From contig JAAVDV010000030.1 of NCBI GenBank assembly GCA_014801595.1, forward strand, positions 12,633 through 44,750: 32,118 nucleotides of DNA, given 5' to 3'. The notes under the pieces were generated by a model. It made no database searches and was not told the DNA's origin. It was given only the letters and a program-made list of their open reading frames with translations. Source of the DNA: Bacteroides sp. (GTDB taxonomy: Bacteria > Bacteroidota > Bacteroidia > Bacteroidales > Muribaculaceae). Positions 25,433-32,118 of this stretch are shown piece after piece; the stretch's first letter is position 1; the number at the start of each line of letters is the position of its first letter. A program made the translations under genes and the position numbers.

Positions 25433-28400
25433 TTATTTAACCATCACCTTCCGCACATCACCATCAACACTAACCAAATTCACTCCTGATGCCACGGGAA
25501 GCGATATTTCGTCCGATTCACACTCCGTATCACAGATTACTGTCCCATTAGCCGTAAACACTTCCAAATGTCTACCCATCGCATTCAGGACAATAATCCG
25601 GCCTTCGGCTGCGATGACCTTGACTTTGGATGAATCCACACCGGAGACACCGGATATACCGGGCACAGCCTCGTTGGAGGGAAGTCCGCGCTTGGTGACA
25701 CCGTCGAGCACATATACGGGACAAACTCTATAGACATCGGTTTTCCCATTACTATTAGTGTCTGTATATTTGCAATCGGGTGAAACATTCTCGGCAATAA
25801 CATCACCGTTGCGGATTATGTCATAACCGGTATATACAGCTTTTGCAAGAGCCGGGACATATGAGAGTTCATCCAGCAGGATACCGCATCCACTCACGGA
25901 AGTATAGCGTATGGCGAAATATTTTGCTGTCTCAGGCAACTTTATCGAGAATGATTTCCAATTCTCGGATGAATAGGAAACCTCCTTCAACAATATGAAA
26001 TCCTTCGGATTATCGCTCTTTTCAGATACCATTATCTGAAGATTCTCTTTCAATCCTGCCATAGCTGCCGACATCATGAACGATATCTCACTTCCTCCGG
26101 CGATACGGGGTGAAATCAACCAGTCGTCAGCCTGATCGCCGAAATCAGGACATAGCGCCACCAGCATTCTATCGCCCGCAAAGGGGAGATAATTATTATT
26201 GTAAGGAGCATTCTCAACAGTCTCACGGTCCCATATGATCCAACCGGTCGGATTATTCGACGGTGTATGATAAGGGAAGGCATAACCGGTAGTGTACATT
26301 CCGTCACCGTCGATATTGGTGAAATCTTCCAGAGTGGGTGTAATCAGATAGGGATCGCAGTTTTCAAAGCCCTCGACCTTATCCTTCACTTCCGGAGTCG
26401 ACCATGACAAACCGATCGTGCCGTTGTCATTTATCACAGCATTCAGATCCGTGACAACCGGATTATCTCCGGCAAGAATCGACACTCCGATTAACATTTC
26501 ATCGTTGGCCTCATTTTTATCAAGAGACGTAATTCGGGCCACAACTTCCGCACCTCCGATATTTGCCGGATTATCGACCTTGACACCGAATCTAAACCGA
26601 GCATGTTCACCCGGCTTCAGAGTCTTCATCTCAGGAGTTGAGAGGATTGTGGCTTTGGCTATCTGCTTATTTGAAGCCCTCACCTCCAACTCACATCCCG
26701 GAATCTCAAGGTCCTCGAATCCATCATTGCGCAGTGTTACGTCAAATCGGCTATCTTCACCCAGATATATATTACGGCTTCCGTCGACCGAGACAACGGC
26801 CGCGTCATGACTATACGCACCGAATATGGAGTAGGATACGAATATCAGGCTCTGATTCTCCTTCTCATATCGAGGTTCGATAGCAATCTGGACCCATCGA
26901 TTATTATTGATACTCTCCGGAAGAATCGCTGTCACTGTCTGATATCCCTTCTTCATATCCTTCGCTTTTATGTCGAGCACAGGCACTTTATCCCCACCGG
27001 ATGTCAAAGCATATAGCGCAACATCCGGGGTATTGTCACCAAAGAAGAATTTCATATATGAAACGATTCTTTCTGCACAATCGGGGTTGAATTTAGGAAG
27101 AATGAGGCTACCTTTGGTAGGTATCTCACCACTGTCATTCTTTCCCACTACGACAAAGTCTTCCAATTCCCCCGCATCATTATCATAGAAAAATGGGTTG
27201 GAGATAGTCCAGTCACCCTTATACTCTTCTGAGCCGGTGGTGGTCAATGGTCCGATTTTGCCTCCCATTTGCATATAATCCTCCATAGGAAGCGTATAAG
27301 GTGTGCCCATCGCTACGGGGATGTTGACATATTCTTCTGACAGACCACGTGAATTGCCCGCAGTAATGTAATAATACCACGCACGTTGAGGAGCATCGTC
27401 ATATAGTCTATGAGTGATGGTAGTGTCGGAATAGTTCTCCTCAAGTATTATATAACCCTCATCATCATCAAACAAAGATATCTCATATGTGATTGATTCG
27501 GGATCTATATAACCACCATGCACACCCTTAGTAGGTTTATCCCAGTTAATGGTGACTGTCATATTATCCTCAGATACAACGTAACTGATATTGTCGGGGG
27601 CTGCCGGCATATCCACACCGGCGTAGAATTCATCTGAATGTACTGTGCCGCCACCTTTTATTTCTACCGTCACACGGCTCAGTCCCTCAGGAACCTGCAA
27701 TGAGACAGAGATACGTTTTCCGGGTAGAGCGGAGGTTTCCACCGTTTCCTTATCGGATCTTATTATGACAGGAATCTTGCCCTTGACAGGCATGCCCTCG
27801 ATTGTACGTTCCGGAAGCGTGAACGACACCTCCGCCTTTTCAAGCCCCATGGGATCGGGAGTCACTATGAGATCCGTCACATCATCAGGCGCGGTCACGG
27901 GGACTTCGGTGTCATCAAGCATTATATTGCAGATGTCGATTGTCACCGGATCAAGAAGACGGAATGCGATATAACATTTACCATCGGACTGTGGAACGAA
28001 ATAATGCTCTACATTTCCATAGAATTCCTTCTCAAGATTTATTATTCCCACAGATTTCATATATTCTCGTTCGGGATGCGCTCCTTGGAGAATTTCAATT
28101 CTTGCCGGATTATACATATCCACGTCGGCATTGAAAGATAGAATATGGCGATATCCTTTGCCTATGATCTCATATGCAGGGGTAATCACCCATTCATCGG
28201 CGGTCGAAGCAGTCTCCTCTTCCGGTCGATAGGATATTCCATAGCCGGAAGTATACTTCCAGGTATTGCCATCATTATCTCCATCCACGACAGTGAACGC
28301 CGGCCATTCCACTTCCTCCGGATAAATGGCGGTGCCCAAAGAGAGAACTCCCCCGGCAATAGGCCTGGAAGAAGTGCCGGAGCTAACCTTACCATGGGAA

Positions 28401-29851
28401 ATGGCGTATACCGTGACTTCATTTGTCGTGAAAGCCTGCGGCAATTCTATCTCCATGGAGGTATTTGCTGTCTCTCCCTGCTTCTCACCGTTAAGCCATA
28501 CCTCATATTTTACCTTCTCTACATAACCGTTTTCTACACCGGAGGTTACAGCGTCCCATTTAGCCATATTTCCCTCCAGCACCACATTCGAAGGAGCCAA
28601 AGGTGTATCATAACCGAAGTATCTCTTGATTTTCAAGACGGGACTCTCTTTACCATCCGTCACTGCACGCAACGAGAATACGTGACGTCCCTCCTGCATC
28701 TCCTCAATCGGGATAGTTACAGTTTCCCCGGCCTTAAGTCCGGTTTTTTTATCATAGTCCTGATCATCCAAAAAGACCCGGAGCTCCATCATCCCGTCAA
28801 TCAATTTTCCGTCCAGATATGTGTCGGGCATAGTGACAGTCATCTTACCTTCCAAAGCCGCTCCATTTACTTCCATATTTTGAAGCGACGGCGATGATGG
28901 AGCCTCAGAAGAGAATACGTCATCCTCGGAAAACATAATCATAAACTGATGAATATCCTCTTCCGGCCAGACATGCGTGCGCTCCATGGAATAAGTCGTG
29001 GCATCAATCTTGAGAAGGGAACTTTCCATATTCTTCTCGATCACCTGACAGACATAGGCATCATCGATGGGGCTATAGGTCATGGCGGTGCTATAGAATG
29101 CAAGCGATAAGGGAAGTTTAGACAGAGTTTCCCCTTTACCGGTCTTCGTATCGACTACGACCAGACGTGAGTCGGATGTGAGACCCACGATTCTATCTCG
29201 CTTCTCATCATATGCCATGGAAAGACATATGTCGTTTTGATCGATATCGTTGCTGATTGGAGTAAACGTGAATGTAGCCGGATCAAGTTTATTGAATACA
29301 TATCCATCGATCATCTCGGTATAGGTATAGGCATATGCCTCATCCAGCAGCGGATCATACACCGCTGTAATGGCCGCATGCGCCGGATTGTTATCTACCT
29401 CTTCAGTATATGTGATTTCTCCGGAGGCTATGGTATAATCCATCCGCGACACATACATATTACCATAGATGAACATCGCACTGATACCATAGATTTTACC
29501 GTCATAGATAAAACCTGTAGTAGGGAACCAATATGAATCACCCTCCCATTTCAAAGTCTCAGTGCCATCATAGTTTATGTCAATCAGACCCAACGGCTGT
29601 GGTGAGATTCGCATAGCGAATATATTCGAGCCGGAAGAGTTCACTCGTGACGAGCCTCCTATCTTAGGGATTCTCCGGGTTGCTTTAAATGGATTGGTTG
29701 GGACGACGACCTGTTTCTGATTACGCGTATGGCTCGTGATCAGATTCACAGTCGGACTCTTCAATTCTCTTGCACATGCATTTTTCGGTGTCAGCAGGCT
29801 CACCATCGAAAAGAGCATTATAGCAATCAGACCGTAAATTCTCAGTTTCAT
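25433..29851 (-). CDS. Large T9SS-type secreted protein with propeller-like N-terminus, Fn3-like repeats, and cleaved-adhesin/choice-of-anchor J domains
   Basis: Signal peptide; FTVVDGDNDGNTW...ADEWVITP and FTNIDGDG...ADDWLISP...YFAIRY adhesin motifs; GxDxPxAPxNV linkers; C-terminal CTD-like tail ending KVMVK. A TAATTTTG box lies at 29912-29905. Confidence 0.8.
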   Translation of the reverse strand: MKLRIYGLIAIMLFSMVSLLTPKNACARELKSPTVNLITSHTRNQKQVVVPTNPFKATRRIPKIGGSSRVNSSGSNIFAMRISPQPLGLIDINYDGTETLKWEGDSYWFPTTGFIYDGKIYGISAMFIYGNMYVSRMDYTIASGEITYTEEVDNNPAHAAITAVYDPLLDEAYAYTYTEMIDGYVFNKLDPATFTFTPISNDIDQNDICLSMAYDEKRDRIVGLTSDSRLVVVDTKTGKGETLSKLPLSLAFYSTAMTYSPIDDAYVCQVIEKNMESSLLKIDATTYSMERTHVWPEEDIHQFMIMFSEDDVFSSEAPSSPSLQNMEVNGAALEGKMTVTMPDTYLDGKLIDGMMELRVFLDDQDYDKKTGLKAGETVTIPIEEMQEGRHVFSLRAVTDGKESPVLKIKRYFGYDTPLAPSNVVLEGNMAKWDAVTSGVENGYVEKVKYEVWLNGEKQGETANTSMEIELPQAFTTNEVTVYAISHGKVSSGTSSRPIAGGVLSLGTAIYPEEVEWPAFTVVDGDNDGNTWKYTSGYGISYRPEEETASTADEWVITPAYEIIGKGYRHILSFNADVDMYNPARIEILQGAHPEREYMKSVGIINLEKEFYGNVEHYFVPQSDGKCYIAFRLLDPVTIDICNIMLDDTEVPVTAPDDVTDLIVTPDPMGLEKAEVSFTLPERTIEGMPVKGKIPVIIRSDKETVETSALPGKRISVSLQVPEGLSRVTVEIKGGGTVHSDEFYAGVDMPAAPDNISYVVSEDNMTVTINWDKPTKGVHGGYIDPESITYEISLFDDDEGYIILEENYSDTTITHRLYDDAPQRAWYYYITAGNSRGLSEEYVNIPVAMGTPYTLPMEDYMQMGGKIGPLTTTGSEEYKGDWTISNPFFYDNDAGELEDFVVVGKNDSGEIPTKGSLILPKFNPDCAERIVSYMKFFFGDNTPDVALYALTSGGDKVPVLDIKAKDMKKGYQTVTAILPESINNNRWVQIAIEPRYEKENQSLIFVSYSIFGAYSHDAAVVSVDGSRNIYLGEDSRFDVTLRNDGFEDLEIPGCELEVRASNKQIAKATILSTPEMKTLKPGEHARFRFGVKVDNPANIGGAEVVARITSLDKNEANDEMLIGVSILAGDNPVVTDLNAVINDNGTIGLSWSTPEVKDKVEGFENCDPYLITPTLEDFTNIDGDGMYTTGYAFPYHTPSNNPTGWIIWDRETVENAPYNNNYLPFAGDRMLVALCPDFGDQADDWLISPRIAGGSEISFMMSAAMAGLKENLQIMVSEKSDNPKDFILLKEVSYSSENWKSFSIKLPETAKYFAIRYTSVSGCGILLDELSYVPALAKAVYTGYDIIRNGDVIAENVSPDCKYTDTNSNGKTDVYRVCPVYVLDGVTKRGLPSNEAVPGISGVSGVDSSKVKVIAAEGRIIVLNAMGRHLEVFTANGTVICDTECESDEISLPVASGVNLVSVDGDVRKVMVK

Positions 29852-30023
29852 AGTTGCTGGTGTTAATTGTAAAAATTATTTTCTTGCGCATAGAAAATTA
29901 TCAGCAAAATTACACACAGATAGTAATCTCACCAATCAATCCCCGGAGAAATAGTAACTACAAAACTTCTTTTTCCTTTATTTTTATATCTATGAATAAT
30001 ATATAACTACCTGAAAATTCAGC

Positions 30024-31604
30024 CTATTCACTATCTATTTGGGAATTTGCCTCCCGATAATGGGTCAAAAGCACCTGCTCAAGGTCATCCTCCTGCTCAA
30101 GATTCAAAATGCGTCGAAGACGATAGCGGCTTTGATTGACAGATTTAGCCAACACTCCCGTGATACTTGATATTTCCTGAGTGGTCAGTCCATGACAAAG
30201 ATAAATGGCAAGTTTACGGTCAGCGGGATTCAATTCGTTCCCGGTGATACTTTCGAGTCGCTCTATCAATGCGCGATCCTCCTTCTCCGCTATCGCGACA
30301 GATTCGTTTTTTCTTTCAGGCAGCGTATTTTGCAATATCGAGGATGAGAGATCCTTTATCTTTGACTGAAGCAGGGCATCATCGGTCTTCATACCTTTAA
30401 GAGCCTGACGTATCCTGACAAGGATAGCTCCAAATCCTTTATACAGGATTTCAAGTTTTATTGTCTCTCCACGTAATTCGGCCATCTCCCCATTTAATTT
30501 CTCAATAGCTCGTTTACTCACCTTTTTCTCCCTCTTCCATATCCACCAAAATATCGTCCCACATACCAAAATTGATAATATGCACCAAAACCAAGACATC
30601 ACCAATTCTCTATTCTTTTCATCAGGATTTGAGCCACTCAACACCGAGTTACTCCATTGAAGGATTTTGTCGGCCTCTATCGTATTGACGGCTATCTCAC
30701 GATCCCTCTGCACATCGGCAGTCTCCCGTAAGTCGACCACCTTTCGCATACACGCATAGGACATCGCGGTATTATTCTGACGGGCATAAACGTCAGCCGA
30801 TAGTTGAAGACCCTCGGTCTGATATTTCAATTGACCGAGCTTCTTGGCGATTATGCAGCCATTGTCGATTGCCTTCAGAGCCTCGGGATAATCCCCCTGA
30901 CGAAAATAATAGCGTGCGATAGCCATATATGCAGGTGCCATAAGAGTTGAGCAGGTGCTCTCGGAAATAGTATCCACACAAGTTTGAAGTTTATCAAGCT
31001 GAATATGCGAATTATCCCCCAAGCGTTCGGCATGAATTATGGCATTGGCATAAAGAAACCTGTTGCCTATCGAATCAGCCATAACCTCAGCCCTTTCAAA
31101 ATACCTCAGGGCATCCCTCTTCCGGCCTGTCTGCTGGTAGACCTCGCCTAAATTTATGCAGAGACGAATGTGTGTATCAATCTGAGATGTGTCCTTACTT
31201 GTCTGTTCATACAGTTTCTTAAAAGTGCTCTCGGCTTCCTCCAAGTCTCCGTCAAGATATTGATACGAGGCATATGTAGCGGTGATATAACTCCTTAGTT
31301 GTATGGAATCAGCTGGACAATGCCGGAGGGCCTTATGAATAAGAGGTCCGGCCAAATACCAATCTCCGTTTTCAATCAGATAAACCGAAAAATCATTTAG
31401 CAGCCTCACTGTTTCATAAGCTTGCTCCGTTTTATCAGATATAGACTTTATATGGGTTAAGAGCGACGTATATTTTTCTGACGGTACATTAACCCTACTG
31501 CGGGTAGAGGTGTCATCATCCGTGCGGGCGGCATTTATCAGCGATGGGATCATCATCAATAAACACCACAAAAGAATATCAAAGAATCGTTTACACTTAT
31601 TCAT
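30024..31604 (-). CDS. Membrane-anchored TPR sensor with C-terminal LuxR-type HTH
   Basis: Signal peptide; TPR-like helices (INLGEVYQQTG..DALRYF, ARYYFRQGDYPEAL); TM WFWCILSILVCGTIFWWIW; LTTQEIS...SVNQSRYRLRR HTH. Confidence 0.85.
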   Translation of the reverse strand: MNKCKRFFDILLWCLLMMIPSLINAARTDDDTSTRSRVNVPSEKYTSLLTHIKSISDKTEQAYETVRLLNDFSVYLIENGDWYLAGPLIHKALRHCPADSIQLRSYITATYASYQYLDGDLEEAESTFKKLYEQTSKDTSQIDTHIRLCINLGEVYQQTGRKRDALRYFERAEVMADSIGNRFLYANAIIHAERLGDNSHIQLDKLQTCVDTISESTCSTLMAPAYMAIARYYFRQGDYPEALKAIDNGCIIAKKLGQLKYQTEGLQLSADVYARQNNTAMSYACMRKVVDLRETADVQRDREIAVNTIEADKILQWSNSVLSGSNPDEKNRELVMSWFWCILSILVCGTIFWWIWKREKKVSKRAIEKLNGEMAELRGETIKLEILYKGFGAILVRIRQALKGMKTDDALLQSKIKDLSSSILQNTLPERKNESVAIAEKEDRALIERLESITGNELNPADRKLAIYLCHGLTTQEISSITGVLAKSVNQSRYRLRRILNLEQEDDLEQVLLTHYREANSQIDSE

Positions 31605-32038
31605 TACTTAACTTACCATTTATTCTTTAAGTAGCTGGTCTACTTAACCGATTTCATTCGCGACGCAAGTCAGGTGTAGATTATTCATCTCTCGACAAGC
31701 AGTCGGTGCGTGTTGAAGGGGTATATTCAAGATTCTCGGTTATCACCATATGAACTCTCATCCCGGCATGACCTAATAGAGTTCCCTCTACTTCGGATGT
31801 CCCTATATCGAGTGCTGAATCATTCACATCGCGAAGATAGCTAAAAAATCTCGTATTCTCAAATACATAGACATTTAACCTATTTATATCCCTATACACA
31901 GTGCATCGTTGCCTTAGAGGGGGTTGAGTCGGACACCTATCCCATAATGACGATGCTTAGATTATAAGTAGCTGTTCAAATTAAAACGATATAATAAAGT
32001 TTTCATTTCAATGATTGAATCTCGCATATCCTCCGCTT

Positions 32039-32114
32039 GGCGATTTTGGCCGCTTTGGCCTTGTCGTTCAGTCGCGATGCCCGCATCACTCCTTCGCTCC
32101 GCAGCCAAATCGCC
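32039..32114. repeat. GC-rich palindromic element at the window edge (REP/MITE-like)
   Basis: GGCGATTTTGGC...GCCAAATCGCC outer inverted repeat with an inner GATGC-CC-GCATC hairpin, in an AT-rich background. Confidence 0.4.
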
Positions 32115-32118
32115 TCAA

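Noticed and set aside
28145-28897. 250-aa plus-strand ORF
   Set aside because: Antisense to the large secreted protein gene; no recognisable motifs.
31681-31899. 72-aa minus-strand ORF
   Set aside because: GTG start, no motif and no convincing initiation context; cannot be supported.

Overview
Bacteroidales chromosomal window; gene families and codon style suggest Muribaculaceae (inference). In order it holds: (1) a starch/alpha-glucan utilisation locus (susC, susD, tandem-CBM26-like lipoprotein, GH13 lipoprotein amylase, GH97) divergent from a DcaP-like porin and a partial SusR-like regulator that the ORF track misses; (2) a four-gene ECF sigma/anti-sigma/periplasmic/outer-membrane barrel operon, bracketed by two copies of a ~70 bp palindromic repeat with 7-mer periodicity; (3) a deacetylase-like lipoprotein, a DUF3089-like hydrolase and a SprT-like protease, with a ~540 bp AT-rich insert between the last two that is bounded by a direct repeat of the SprT start and carries a 24-aa lipoprotein-signal ORF plus a small membrane protein; (4) housekeeping korAB and acpP-fabF; (5) a WYL regulator divergent from tRNA-Gln(TTG); (6) a more AT-rich block with a 1472-aa T9SS-type adhesin-like protein and a TPR/LuxR membrane regulator. 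No integrase, transposase or CRISPR array was seen. All family calls are by eye from motifs, not from database searches.
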